DNA from: Sphaerodactylus townsendi
Lineage: Eukaryota
DNA length: 64,000 bases
Assembly: GCF_021028975.2 (NCBI RefSeq)
Contig: NC_059439.1
Coordinates: forward strand, 23,374,001-23,438,000
Reading direction: 5' to 3'
Shown here: in pieces, positions 37,081 to 49,795 of the stretch
How positions within the stretch are numbered: position 1 is the stretch's first letter
Layout: every line of letters starts with the position of its first letter
Notes under the pieces: model-generated
Database searches by the model: none
Seen by the model: the letters and a program-made list of their open reading frames with translations, nothing else
Told to the model about the DNA's origin: nothing
Translations under genes and position numbers: made by a program

Positions 37081-37236
37081 TTAGAGTATTAATTACCTGC
37101 CTTTCCACTAATTTCATCAGGCATTTGGAGTTCAAATAGTGTGTGATTATAAAGATTCTTATAGTATTAATTGCCTGCCATTCCACTAATTTCATCAGGA
37201 ATATGGAGTTCAAATATTATGTAATTATAAGAGAAT
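37081..37236. repeat. Tandem duplication, 2 x 78 bp
   Basis: AGTATTAATT.CCTGCC.TTCCACTAATTTCATCAGG.A..TGGAGTTCAAATA occurs twice. Confidence 0.85.
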
Positions 37237-38230
37237 AAAGTCTCAAACAGGTTTTGTGTATGTGTAGGGTTGCCAAACTCCGGTTGGTGACTGGAGATCT
37301 CCCCCTATTACAACTTATCTCCAGGCAAAAGAGATAAGTTCCCCGGAGAAAATGGCCACTTGGAAGGATATATTCTATGGCATTATACCCTGCTGAGGCA
37401 TTTCCCCTCATTATGTTTAAAATGTGCAGACAGGTTTGATTCTGAGACTGCTCTTTTTTTTTAGCTGATGAAATGACCCTGGAACTTGTGGGAGAATGCT
37501 CTCTGTTGAGAAGCTGCATGTTGCATGTGCAGCCTCCCAGTTAGGGTTGCCAATCTTTAGGTGGGACCTGGAGATATTTAGATGACAGAAAATGTCTGCT
37601 TTGGAAGGTAGACTACATGGCATTGTACCATAATTGAGGTCCCTCTTCTCCCCTGACCCTGCCCTCTCCAGACTCCATCCCCAACTTTTCAGGAATTTCC
37701 CAATTCAGAACAGGAAGCCCTAATCCCAAGAGAGGAGCAAAATATGTATGTTTATATTTATGTTGTTAGCTTCCCCAGATGTGNNNNNNNNNNNNNNNNN
37801 NNNNNNNNNNNNNNNNNNNNNNNNNNNNNNNNNNNNNNNNNNNNNNNNNNNNNNNNNNNNNNNNNNNNNNNNNNNNNNNNNNNNNNNNNNNNNNNNNNNN
37901 NNNNNNNNNNNNNNNNNNNNNNNNNNNNNNNNNNNNNNNNNNNNNNNNNNNNNNNNNNNNNNNNNNNNNNNNNNNNNNNNNNNNNNNNNNNNNNNNNNNN
38001 NNNNNNNNNNNNNNNNNNNNNNNNNNNNNNNNNNNNNNNNNNNNNNNNNNNNNNNNNNNNNNNNNNNNNNNNNNNNNNNNNNNNNNNNNNNNNNNNNNNN
38101 NNNNNNNNNNNNNNNNNNNNNNNNNNNNNNNNNNNNNNNNNNNNNNNNNNNNNNNNNNNNNNNNNNNNNNNNNNNNNNNNNNNNNNNNNNNNNNNNNNNN
38201 NNNNNNNNNNNNNNNNNNNNNNNNNNNNNN

Positions 38231-38465
38231 CCAGGATGGAGAGCCAGGATGAATGAATGGATGAAGGCAGGATGAAGGCAGGGATGAATGGATGGATAGA
38301 AGATGAATGAGAATGAGGAATGATTGGTGTGAATGAGACAGAATATGAGCCGGATAGATGAATGAGATAAGATGAGATGGATGGATGGAGAAACAGATAG
38401 ATGGTGACAGACAAGACAGACAAAGACAGACATGAACAAGACAGTTAAAGACACTGAACAGATGA
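38231..38465. repeat. Degenerate (GGAT/GAAT/GACA)n low-complexity tract next to a gap
   Basis: Directly visible in the sequence. Confidence 0.75.
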
Positions 38466-39525
38466 TAGAGCTCTCTCCTGCAGTCCCAAGTCATTCCAGA
38501 AGACCTTTCTCCCTCACAAAGTGGGTCATGATTAGAGTTGCTTCACTTGCAATTTTTACATTGGAGTTTCTACTTGACCTTGTGTAAAATGTAACAATTA
38601 GTTTCCTTTTGAAGAGGATAATTGATTAAGCTGGTGAAGACCAAGTTCTTGACAAAATTAAGAGAAGACAACAGGGAAAAAACACTTTAAAAAGGGACAA
38701 CTTGAATTGGTTTCAGAAGCAGAATCTCTGTTACACAGGTAGTGTTCTTTTATCTCTACAACCTTTCTCTATGAGTTGCACTTTCCTGCCAAAAAAACCA
38801 AAAACAGCACCAGAGCAAACTTTCACAAGGATTTATGAATTTCAGTTTAATTAATGGTTAGTTGTACATGGAGGTCCCTGTAGGGAACAAAAACCCTATT
38901 AGTGCAAATAAAAAAGACTCAAATAAACAAAAATAATTCAATAGAACTTCTGTTGAGAATTACTGTAATCTGTATTACTATGCATTCATATGTGGTTTTG
39001 CACTCCATAAAGGAGCTCATGTCTACAGTGAAGTCAGCTGATTTAAGCCAAGACTTTCTAACTAGATTTCTCCTGTCTTTCAGCTGATAACAATAAATCT
39101 GGGAAACTGTTTTTTTAAAAAAAACATAGCACAAAACAATCTTTAAAATGGAGTCCAAAATGCATGAGAGCTAATTTTGTAAAAAAAAAAAAAAAGCAAT
39201 CTGAGGGGGGAAACCCCAAATCAATGTAGCTTCCAAATCCAATTGAAGTAAATCATTGTAATGAACAGCAATCACAGAATGGAAAAACTGAATAAAATAG
39301 TCCTTCTGAATTTTTCTGGTCATTCTCTCATCCCCCCGCCCCTCCCCCCCAACACACACATTCACAAAGAAATCCTTTTTTTTTCTTTGCTGAAGAATTT
39401 TAATAAGGTTTCACTGGCATACATCACAGTGGTTTTCTAATTTTGCTGCTGAACTCCTGAAGAACGAGATAAACCGTACATTTAAAAGCATACATATAAC
39501 AATTATAGCAAGCACACCTATGCCT

Positions 39526-40485
39526 TCATTTCGAATACAGTTTGTCCATTAAGATTCTTTTCATAGCACTTTTTACATCCTTGTTTCTCAAGGTATAGAT
39601 CAAAGGGTTTAACATGGGTGTAACAATGCTGTAAAGGACAGAAATTATTCTGTCTTTGTCTAATGAATAAGTTGACACCGGCCGGACGTAAGTGAAGATG
39701 GCGCTCCCATAATACATGAGGACAATAGTCATGTGTGAGGCACAAGTGGAAAATGCTCTGTGTCTCCCTTCAGTAGAGCTTATCTTCAGGATCGTGGAGA
39801 TAATGTAGACGTAGGACAGAACTATGCAGACAAGTGGGGCCCATCCTATGAAGACCGAAAGCACAAGAAGAACGATTTCATTGAGGGTGGTGTCCCCACA
39901 GGAAAGGTTCAGGAGGGGAGGGATATCACAAAAGAAGTAGCTGAGTTCATTGGCCCCACAGAAAGGTAGGCAGAAAATGAAATAAGTGTGAAAAGCAGAA
40001 TTGAGAAAACCACTTGCCCAGGAGGCACCAGCCAACTGGAGGCAAAGTTCTTTTCTCATCATGGCTGTATAATGCAATGGGTGACAGATAGCTACAAAAC
40101 GATCATAGGCCATGGCTGCCAGAAGAATACACTCAGTCCCCACAAAGGAGACAAAGAAGTACAACTGAATGACACAACCAGCATATGTGATTCTCTTCCT
40201 CTCAGACAGCAGGTGCACCAGCATCTGAGGGACATTAGTGGTGGTATAACAGATATCCAAAAAGGAGAGGTTCCCTAGGAAGAAGTACATGGGTGTGCGA
40301 AGCTGAGGGTCCAGGCAAGCAACGGTAATGATAGAGATGTTCCCCACCAGAGTACAGACGTAAGTGGTGAGAAAGACAAAGAAAAGCAGCAGCTGAAGAT
40401 CTTGTAGACTGGAGAACCCCAAGATGAGGAATTCAGTCAGAGCTGTTTCATTCACACTTGTTTTGGAGCACTTCCACGCTTCCAT
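39526..40485 (-). CDS. OR5V1: Olfactory receptor 5V1-like, 319 aa
   Basis: NET sequon; [75 protein letters not shown] match human OR5V1 as recalled; orthology untested. Confidence 0.85.
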   Translation of the reverse strand: MEAWKCSKTSVNETALTEFLILGFSSLQDLQLLLFFVFLTTYVCTLVGNISIITVACLDPQLRTPMYFFLGNLSFLDICYTTTNVPQMLVHLLSERKRITYAGCVIQLYFFVSFVGTECILLAAMAYDRFVAICHPLHYTAMMRKELCLQLAGASWASGFLNSAFHTYFIFCLPFCGANELSYFFCDIPPLLNLSCGDTTLNEIVLLVLSVFIGWAPLVCIVLSYVYIISTILKISSTEGRHRAFSTCASHMTIVLMYYGSAIFTYVRPVSTYSLDKDRIISVLYSIVTPMLNPLIYTLRNKDVKSAMKRILMDKLYSK

Positions 40486-41199
40486 CTGGTCAATGAGAAA
40501 AAATGGACCAATTGTTATGCTGCTGCAAACGAGTGACTTCCTCTTTAATTCATCTTTAAGCCTGTATTCTACACGCTCGTGCATTATTAAGACCAAATAT
40601 AAATAGTTTGAAAGATATCGAGTAGGCATGTAGCATTCTTAAGGTTTCCTGAAGCTGCGTTCTAATTTTTTTTACCCATCCATTTCCATAGTACCTATTT
40701 TTCAGTAAACAGTGATGTTTTCCTGGTCCATTCCTTTTCAATCAGAAAAGGCCACTTGATGTATTTTATCTGGATTCATGACCATTCATTCCCAGAATTC
40801 ATCTACAGCCTGAACAATAGCAATTTCAAAATCAAAATATCCATTATTAACATTCAGCCTAGCAGAACATGCCTTTTTGTGTGTGTACCTGTGAGATCTC
40901 TGCATTTTAGTGGAGGGGGGTGCATGTATGGAAATAGAAATATTTATTTGAAGTGAGTACCCATAGTCACTTGCAATGCTTCTTTGGCTTAAAAATAGTC
41001 CATCTCTAATCACAATAATGACAGCAGTTGATTCTGCGCACTGCCAAGTCCATGATGCAAAGTGAATTAATAAAACTTAGATGTTCAACCAGTGTGAACG
41101 GCACAAAATGACTATCAAAATATTAGCATAAATGAATGTTCAGCCAAGCAAAAGCATAGCCTTTCTGAAATACAGAGGTACACATGGAATTATAACAGA

Positions 41200-41345
41200 C
41201 AGCTAGTGAGGTAGATGGGGGTGAATAAAATCTGAGAGAGCTGTGACCAGCCCAAAGTCACCCAGCAGGTTCCATGTGTAGTAATGGGGAAACAAACTTG
41301 ATTTCCCAGATTAGAGTCTGCCACTCTTAACCACTGCACCATGCT
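41200..41345 (-). mobile_element. tRNA-derived SINE fragment
   Basis: GCCCAAAGTCACCCAGCAGG...CAGATTAGAGTCTGCCACTCTTAACCACT. Confidence 0.6.
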
Positions 41346-41364
41346 GATCAAAGCTCCCTTCATT

Positions 41365-41500
41365 GGCTATCTGATGAAAAGAGTATTGCAACATGAAAGC
41401 TCATACCCTGAAAATGTGCTACTGGACTGATTTGTGGGACTTGTCTGCAAATGTTTATCCTGCAGTTTAATTTTGTTAATCTTTAAATTGCCACTGGACC
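41365..41500 (+). mobile_element. Penelope-like element end with a degenerate minimal hammerhead core
   Basis: CTGATGA...GAAAGCTCATACC then TTTTGTTAATCTTTAAATTGCCACTGGAC, typical of reptile Penelope 3' ends. Confidence 0.45.
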
Positions 41501-42080
41501 AATGATGGCATTGCTGCAACGAAGATGGCTACACCTAAAGTTGCCCCCTCCAGGTGGAGTCTGGAAACCTAGAATTACATTTCCTCTCCATACTACGGAG
41601 ATCAGTTATCCTGGAGAAAGTGACTACTTTGTAGCATGGACTGTATTGTGTTTACTCTGCTGAGGTCCATCCCCTATACAAACCCTATCTTCTTCAGGAT
41701 CTCCTCCCAGGTCTCCAGGAATTTTCTCACATAAAGTGTGAGATAGAAGCAAGAATGGCACATACCAAGTCCAAGGTTCATCTAGTCCCACGCTGTAATT
41801 TAAATACTCAGTTACTGAGTAAACCATCATAAATCTTTGGTGTTTAGAAGGTGTTTCAAGAGACAGTCTCTCAGATCTTATACCTTGTGTAAGCTCATGT
41901 TCCTGTTTTGCTCAGCTTTGCATGCTTTCCCCAAGATGTTGCAGAACAATCACTTTCAGATACCACATGAGATTTAGTGACTAATGAGTGTCTACTGCAT
42001 GGATGCCAAACAGCTTGCAATGCTTTTGATAATGATCCAGACCTTTAGTTGCATCTGTATGCCATTGCCTACTTTGTTAG

Positions 42081-42553
42081 TGTAACCTCTAACTGTGGGT
42101 TCTGTGGGGCAGAACTTGGAAGGAGTTGCAAAGAACTAAATTTTAAAACAAAATGGTTTACTTCCTTAACAAATAACACTTTTAACATTAACATTTAACA
42201 TTAACAATTTATAGTCCTTCTAGGTTGCATTTCAAGTCCTTATCTTGACAATCTACTGATAAATGCCAAGTCCAATTCTTCCTGCTGATGGTTGGCTTAT
42301 GAAGACTTCAGAGGCTTGGTGTATGGGATTCAAGATGATGAAGGTCCCCAAATGAACTCCCATCAATTACATACATAGCAAGCCCTGAAACAATAAATTC
42401 TTAAACAAGGTGTTAAGAGCTTATAAAGAATTAAATCTTTAATTAAACCAGCCTGGTAGCCTTGCTTTCTCCAACTTCACCAGTTTTTGCAGCCTTCTGC
42501 TGCTTTGAGTCTCCACCCCCTTTCTGGGTCAACCCATTCTGAACATGGTTACA
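42081..42553. mobile_element. Solo LTR, same family as 32031-32479
   Basis: TGTAACC...GGTTACA; TSD TTAG/TTAC; colinear similarity throughout. Confidence 0.8.
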
Positions 42554-42695
42554 TTACCATGATAAAATTTAATATGAATACATATTTCTAGAAGCAAGAT
42601 TTGTTTTGTTCCTTGACTCAACTTCATACAAATGATTGAAACTCAATTGTTTTATTAGTCCCCCCCCCCCACTGGTTTTCCCTACTAGTCTCAAA

Positions 42696-42825
42696 GGCTC
42701 ATTCCGCACATGCAGAATAATGCACTTTCAAGCTGCTTTCAGGGCTCTTTGAAGCTGTGCGGAATGGCAAAAACAGTTGTGAAAGCAGCTTGAAAGTGCA
42801 TTTTTTTGCGTGTGCGGAATGAGCC
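42696..42825. mobile_element. Harbinger-like palindromic MITE
   Basis: TIR GGCTCATTCCGCACA; TSD AAA. Confidence 0.85.
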
Positions 42826-43214
42826 AAAGTGTTTTCCAACATCCATTAAAACAAAAATATAAAACATTGCAGATAATGTTTTTAAAATACCATTTAAGAT
42901 TAAGATATAAACAGCATAAAACTACCACAGGTTGTTAGTCAGTTTATACATGGGTTCCACCTTCTGTTGTACTTTTACTGTTTAGTTTAGTGGTACTCCG
43001 ATCAGGGAAAACAAGAAAAGGGGAAGGGAAAAGGCAATGGGAAAATAGAGGGAGAATTGGGGAAAAAGTAAAAGGAAGGGAAAAACAGGGAGAAATAAAA
43101 GGGAGAGGAAAAGGTGATGAAAGATTGAAAAGAGGGCAAGGGGGAAAGGGGGACGGGAAGGGCAGGCTATTGGTTTATCACTGTAGCTAGCCTCATTCAT
43201 ATTCCTGGTGGAAC

Positions 43215-44200
43215 AGCTTTGTCTTAGAGGGCCTGCAGAATTACATTAGATCCCACAGGGCATTGCTCTCCCTAAACAGAGCTTTCCACCAGGAAGAGGT
43301 CAGACCTTAAAGGCCCTGACCCTGGTCAAGGCTAGCCAGACTTCCCTTGGGCCATGGATTTTTGTTTGCTGAATGCATTGATTTTTGAGGGACTTAACAG
43401 AAGAAGTAGTCCTTTAGACATGTTGGCCCTTGCCCATTCAGAGCCTTAAAGATTAACACCAAAACCTTGAACCTGGCCTGGTACTTTACCTGGAGCTAAT
43501 GCATCTGGAAAAGCACTGGTTGGATATGTATGCAAGAAGGGATCCACAAGTTACTGTTTTTTGGACCAGCTGGAGCTTCCAGATCAAAGTCAAAGGTAGC
43601 CCTGCATAGAACAAGTTGTGGTAATCTAATCAAGAGGTGACACTTAATATGGATCTCTGTAGCTAGGTTGGCCAGGGACAGGTAAGGTGCCAATTGATTT
43701 GCACTGTGCAGATCCTAAAATGCCATGTGGTAAATGTGTGTTGTCTGAGCCTCCATTGATAAGGAGGCATCCAGTTACACACCTAGGATCTTCACAGTTT
43801 GTGCAGTGTTAAGTTGTGCATCATCCAGAGCCAGCCCTGGCCCCTGCCACCCCAATTACAGAACTTCCATCTTTGTTGGATTCAGTTGCAATTGATTCTC
43901 TTTCAACCTCTCCACCACAGCCCCTAAGCAACTGGCCACAGCATCTGCAGCAGAGTCCGGTGGCTGTCCATTAGCAGATACAGTTGGGTGTCGACAGCAT
44001 ATTGATGACCCCACAACTTAAACCTCCAGATTAAGTCAGCAAGAGGGTGCATATAGATATTAAATAACATCAGTGAGAAAATTGCCCCTTGAGGGACTCA
44101 GCACACCATTGCAAACCTCTATCTCCTACCTCAAAGCCATTGGAAGGACAGTCTAAAAATTCCAATGTCGGCAATGCGGTTGGTCAAGATTTCATAGCTG
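43215..44200 (-). mobile_element. Decayed L2-clade LINE (RT domain to C-terminus)
   Basis: Minus strand gives PQGAIFSLMLFNIYM and HQYAVDTQLY (degenerate YADDTQLY). Confidence 0.7.
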
Positions 44201-44356
44201 ACCAGGTTGAACGTTGCTGTCAGATAAGTGACAGCAGTGCCAACCTGCTTCATTCTCCACACCTCCAGATAAAGCCTGCTGGGTGACCTTGGGCCTGCCA
44301 AAGTTCTCTTAGGTCTCTCTTGGCCCACACAAAGAATAGCAAACCACCTCTGAAAG

Positions 44357-44748
44357 CAGAGGTGGGATCCAGCAGGTTCTCACAGGTTCCCGAGAGTAGG
44401 TTACTAATTATTTGTGTGTGCCGAGAGGGGGTTACTACTTGGTGATTTTGCCACATGATTTTTGCCTTAGTTACGCCCCTTTTCTCAGCAGTAGCACGCA
44501 GAACTTGAAGCAGTCTAGCAGGAGGTGCACCAGCGTGTGTGGCAGCCTGCTCCTGCGTGCATTCGTTTCCCGCCCAAGGACCAGCGCAGCGGCTGCGTCC
44601 TTGCCACAACCCCGCCCAGGAATGCCCCACCCCCAGAATGCCCGGTCACACCCCCATCATTTCCCACCCAGTCCCATTGGCGCTACGCCACAGTTTGAAT
44701 CCCACCACCATGGGAAGCTGTTTCTAAAATTTTTGGATCCCACCACTG
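44357..44748. mobile_element. hAT MITE inserted in a Sauria-type SINE
   Basis: TIR CAGAGGTGGGATCCA; 8-bp TSD TCTGAAAG. Confidence 0.9.
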
Positions 44749-45174
44749 TCTGAAAGTCTCTTGACTGGAAAACATAGCCTACAGGGTCACCATAAGTCAG
44801 CTGTGATTTGATAACAAAGAGAGAGAGAGCTTTATTTCCCAATGAGTTATGTTGTCTACAGGTAGTTATGTTGTCTACAGATCTATCTCATGCAAAAATA
44901 TGCAGGTATGCGGGTTAGCATATATGGGAGTCACTTTAGAAAATTAGCTATGGCTTGGAATGTGTTTGCCCAACTTCAGCTTGTATGTCAGTTTCTCCCA
45001 TTCCTGTTTCATCTCAGAGATATCCACAGTGATCAGTGCTTTAGTTACAGCTAGACTGGACCACTGCAGTGTATGTTACTGGGGCTATCCTTTAAGTGTT
45101 CAGAAGCTACATTTATTGCAGAACTCTGTAACAGGGCCAGACAATAGAAATTTATGTCCTCAGTACTACAACAA

Positions 45175-45881
45175 ATAGCAGCCATCGATTCACCGGTTGC
45201 AGCCATTGCGGCAGGGGTGAGCAAACCAAAGGCAAAGAAAAGGGAGCTTGCAGCTCAAAAGGCGCTAAAATTGTAGGGAGCTGCATTGATTGGCCCGAGC
45301 TGGAAAGGCGGGAGGAGCAAACACATAAAAGTGCCACACCCCGATCCTCGGCCTTCTTGGCTTGCCGAGGATCAAGAGCGCCGTGACCTACCCACCCTCC
45401 CTAGTCTCAATGGTTGTTAGTTGACTTGTTAGAATGTTTATCGCAATAATTGTACTTGTCTCAGCCCGGCGGGTTGGCAAGGGGAATCGCAACATCTGGG
45501 GGGGAGAAGCCGAGCCGGGCGGCCAGTCTTCTCCATGGGGGTGGGGCCGGTAAGGAAGCCGGTAGGCTTAGCTGGTGCCCGCCACCCCAGCAGGTGGGGG
45601 TGGGGCAGGCCGGAAGGCAAGCCAGTAGGCTTAGCCGGTGCCTGCTACCCCAGCAGGAAGGGTTGAAGCCAAGGGGTCTCCACCCCAGGGGCTCCCAGCT
45701 TCCTGCGCAATGCTCCAATGGAGATTGGGGACAGCATGATGTTGTGACCTGTTTGTCTGCCCAGCTTCTTAAGTTTAATGTTGTTTACCAGTTAATAAAT
45801 TGGGCTGCGGCCCAATCCATTTCCAAACTCTGGTTTGGTGTGTTTATTTGCCGGGGAAGGGTCTACACCATCTGCACGCAA
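45175..45881 (+). mobile_element. Second solo A+B Ngaro-like unit, inserted in an L2 relic
   Basis: Colinear with 35261-36000; splits the L2 LQQLHW codons (CTACAACAA|...GCAA|TTACACTGG). Confidence 0.6.
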
Positions 45882-46407
45882 TTACACTGGCAGCTGATCT
45901 GCTCCTTAGCCAAATTCTGGGTGGTGATTTTGTCCTTTAAAGCTTTACATGACTACAGGGTATCTATCTGAAGGATAATTCAGATCACAGGGAAAAGCCT
46001 TCCTGACCATCCCACTAATCAAAGAAGCTCATCTGTTGGGCATATACAATAAAGTCTTTTCAGTGGTGGCCCCACAATTAGGGAACACCCCCTCTTGCCC
46101 CTCACTGTCAATCTTCAGGAGGCAGTTGAAGATGGTTTTCCTTAGGACTGCATTTTTATTGGCCTAGCGTTTATTACTGGCAGCCTGACTGGAGTTTTAA
46201 TCTGTAACTTTCTTGGATTTTATAATTTTTTAATTGTGTTTTTCATAATGTTTTATATACATCCAATCCAACCACCATATATACAACAAAAAGAAGTTAT
46301 AAAAATAGAAATTTCAATNNNNNNNNNNNNNNNNNNNNNNNNNNNNNNNNNNNNNNNNNNNNNNNNNNNNNNNNNNNNNNNNNNNNNNNNNNNNNNNNNN
46401 NNNNNGN

Positions 46408-47309
46408 CAGCTGGGGCTGCCCTATAACCAGGATCAGCGGTTTGCTGCCTGGGGGCCAGGATGTGCTCTGTTATGCTCGCCCAGCTTCAATGTTTTTGGA
46501 TATATGTTAAATAAATTTGGGCTGCGGCCGACTTCTTTTCCAACAAGTATGTGTCAGTGTATTTGTTGGAATGAGTCTCCACACATCCCCATGCAAATCG
46601 CGCCCGAGGCTTCAGCCGGGAGGCGCAATTGCGTGGGGGGAGGAACGAATGGAAGGTATTATTCCCGCCGGCCGGCCGAGGCTGTCACGTGGCCGGGTGC
46701 CGGCACGTGACAGGGGCCTTCAAGCAGCCTATAAAAGGCGGCGTCGGCGGGAACCGGCCTCTTTCGAGGCTGGCTGCTTTCAAAGGCCCTCCCTCCACTC
46801 CCATTTTGAAGGATTATTGGGGTTCTTTATTGTGTTGTATATTGTCGCAGTTCACTGGGCGGTTTGGGCATAAGAGCACATCCTATTTTGGGAAGGCAGT
46901 AGCTTGCATGCCGGACCTTCCCATGGGGGCCTCCATATGAGGTCCGTGGTGGCGATAGAGCTCTTGAAGACAAGCCTTGGGGCCGTGCCAAGAGCTCGCT
47001 GCCAGGCAGGGAGGGGTGTCACAAATTGGGTTTGCGTCCATGTGGCACCTAGTAACTTCCTGTTCCAGTTCCCTCGGGGGATGTGCCGGACAGGGGTTCT
47101 GTCCGAAGGGCCTAAGGGGTCAGCTGGGGCTGCCCTATAACCAGGATCAGCGGTTTGCTGCCTGGGGGCCAGGATGTGCTCTGTTATGCTCGCCCAGCTT
47201 CAATGTTTTTGGATATATGTTAAATAAATTTGGGCTGCGGCCGACTTCTTTTCCAACAAGTATGTGTCAGTGTATTTGTTGGAATGAGTCTCCACACATC
47301 CCCATGCAA
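46408..47309 (+). mobile_element. B-A-B right end of a Ngaro-like element (or head-to-tail array of a 713-bp unit)
   Basis: 46408-46596 is identical to 47121-47309; junction GCAA|ATCG; TATAAAA at ~46730; AATAAATTTGGGCTGCGGCC; CpG-rich. Confidence 0.65.
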
Positions 47310-47994
47310 TTGACGTCCTTAGAGGAATAGCTGAGTATGGCAACAAAAATTAAAATCAATATATCAATTTTATGTTTAAAGTATACAGAGCCAACTGCTC
47401 ATTCTACAGTGAAATAGCATATATTTGAAAGCAACTAAAATCTACTGGAAAATCAGGACAAGCATTGTCACCTAAATATTGAGAAAATAAATGTTCAAAA
47501 GCTACTCTGGCGTCGAATATGCAAGTTCAAAATGAATTGGTTGGTGAGTCTTTGTTTCAGGGTATGTTTGGCTTTATTACCCATTGCCTTGTTTGGAGTG
47601 GGGCAGACATTAGCTGACCTTTTGCTTGGATCTCCGGGAGAGGCCATGTTTCACGAGTTCTCTATCACACATGTGTGCATTAGTTTGTATCTTTAATCTT
47701 ATCTATAGATTGATATATCGATGGATCAATCTATCGGCAGATGAATATACCAAAATAAAAAGGCCAATAGAAAAGTCTTGAATATGGCATCTGAATAATT
47801 TGCCTGAACATTGATTTTCTTTTATGGGGGGGGGGAGTGAGTGGGGAGTTATGGTGGTTTGCGAACTTCAAAACCATAAAAGTTGGAAGTCATCCTTGCA
47901 TTTGCTCAATCACCACGAAGGCAGAAACCTCTCTGGGCATAGACCTCCATTTGGGCATAGACCTATCTGGGCATAGATCTGCATTTACTTGCAA

Positions 47995-48268
47995 ATAAGC
48001 AGCAGTGGTGTAGTGGTTAAGAGCAGGTGTACTCTAATCTGGAGGAACTGGGTTTAATTCCCCGCTCTGCCATTTGAGCTGTGGAGGCTTATGTGGAGAA
48101 TTCAGATTAGCCTGTGCACTCCAACACATACCAGCTGTGCGACCTTGGGCTAGTCACAATTCTTCTGAGCTCTCTCAGCCCCACCTACCTCACAGGGTGT
48201 TTGTTGTGAGGTGGAAAGGAAAAGGAGTTTGTAAACCCCTTTGTGTCTCCTTCAGGAGAGAAAGGGGG
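47995..48268 (+). mobile_element. tRNA-derived SINE (Squam3-like) running into a gap
   Basis: A box GTGGTGTAGTGGTTAAG, B-box-like GGTTTAATTCCC, CORE-like GACCTTGGGCTAGTCAC. Confidence 0.8.
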
Positions 48269-48715
48269 NNNNNNNNNNNNNNNNNNNNNNNNNNNNNNNN
48301 NNNNNNNNNNNNNNNNNNNNNNNNNNNNNNNNNNNNNNNNNNNNNNNNNNNNNNNNNNNNNNNNNNNNNNNNNNNNNNNNNNNNNNNNNNNNNNNNNNNN
48401 NNNNNNNNNNNNNNNNNNNNNNNNNNNNNNNNNNNNNNNNNNNNNNNNNNNNNNNNACCATTAGGAAGGGAGAAAAAAACCAGCAACATGGGAAACCAGT
48501 TTCCAACTCTAGCAACAGCTCACTTTGCCTCCATGAAACAAAAGTTATGCTAAAGGATTTTACCAATGCTTCCTGCCAGCCATAGTCCAATACATTAATC
48601 CCATTTTGAGATTTCTGACTAATCTTTTGTTAAGAGTACTCCCCATTTGCACTGGTGGCATAGGGGTTGGATGCCAAAGCTGAAGGATACAATTCTTTCT
48701 AGAATGGCACACCAA

Positions 48716-48856
48716 GGCCCCTTCCACACACGCAAAATAATGCATTTTCAAACCACTTTCACAACTGTTTGCAAGTGGATTTTGCTATTCTGCACAGCTT
48801 CAAAGAGCACTGAAAGCAGTTTGAAAGTGGATTATTCTGCATGTGCGGAATGAGCC
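48716..48856. mobile_element. Harbinger-like palindromic MITE
   Basis: TIR GGCCCCTTCCACAC/GTGCGGAATGAGCC; TSD CAA. Confidence 0.85.
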
Positions 48857-49352
48857 CAAGAGAGTTATTTGCATTAGAGTGTAAGGAGATCAGTTTATTT
48901 CTTCGGATTAGCTGTGCTTTATTGTGGAGACTAAATAAGCATGGAAGGACAGCCCTTTCCCAGCCTTCTGAATTCCGCTACCATACTCTGTACTATTGCC
49001 CTTCACATTTCCAAAAATAGATTTTTCAGACTGTCATGTGACACCATTTAAAAGTGAGAAATTTCTGAAATCTCTATGGTAAATATAGAGACTGGGGAGA
49101 TTCCTAGAATGTCACAGATGATATGACGCCACTTCTACCAATGGATTTTTTTGGGGGGGTGACTTCACTTACATGTAACACTCTTGGCTTCAATTCTTAG
49201 CCCAGCTAGGACTGCCCCAAGAGATCAGGGGCGAGGATGGGAAGGACAGCACCCAGGAAGGGATTGGTTGGTTAGACCCGGGGCTGCCCCAGGCCCATGG
49301 AGAGGCAGAGTGCCAGCAGTGGACATACACGATTTCAAGATAGAATTGTTGA

Positions 49353-49592
49353 AGGCTTTCATGACCAGAATCCCCTGGATGTTGTGGGTTTTCTGGACTG
49401 TGTGGCCAGGATCTGGTAGTTTTCATTTGTAACATTTCACCCACATCAATGGCTAGCATTTTCAGAGGCATGTGCCATGGAAGCACATCTTACTGTGCCA
49501 TGTCTCTCAAGATGCCAATCACAGATGTGAGTAAAACATTAGGAACAAAAACTACGAATCCATAGCCACTCAGCCCAGAAAACACACTACAC
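49353..49592. mobile_element. Penelope-derived inverted-repeat element
   Basis: Imperfect palindrome (TTGTGGGTTTTCTGGACTG...CAGCCCAGAAAACACACT); each arm carries a degenerate CTGAAGA..GAAA hammerhead core. Confidence 0.55.
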
Positions 49593-49795
49593 AAAGGTGT
49601 CAAAATTGCTCAAAAGCATTATCCTTCCCTTGCACCCCACTCCTTACAGAATCATGTAGTGTGTAATGCCAGGAACTTCTGCACAGGATGGGGAATTTAT
49701 TTCCATGTCTCCTGTGTCCATGCAATCTGCCTTGCATAGAACGTAACAAATAGTTGTTATCCAAAAGTACTTATAACACTGCCTTCCTAAACAGA

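Noticed and set aside
37720-38494. Long ORFs spanning 37.7-38.5 kb (also 16.4-16.7 and 48.1-48.6 kb)
   Set aside because: They consist mostly of N gap and microsatellite
40486-40629. Long N-terminal extension of the OR5V1-like ORF (also at 33549-33611, 51669-51710, 61446-61481)
   Set aside because: Each extension runs through a polypyrimidine tract and AG acceptor just upstream of the likely ATG, so it is probably intronic
45438-47330. Overlapping GC-rich ORFs as viral or novel genes
   Set aside because: No recognisable domains; frames are not conserved between copies 35261 and 45175; explained by stop-codon scarcity in GC-rich repeats
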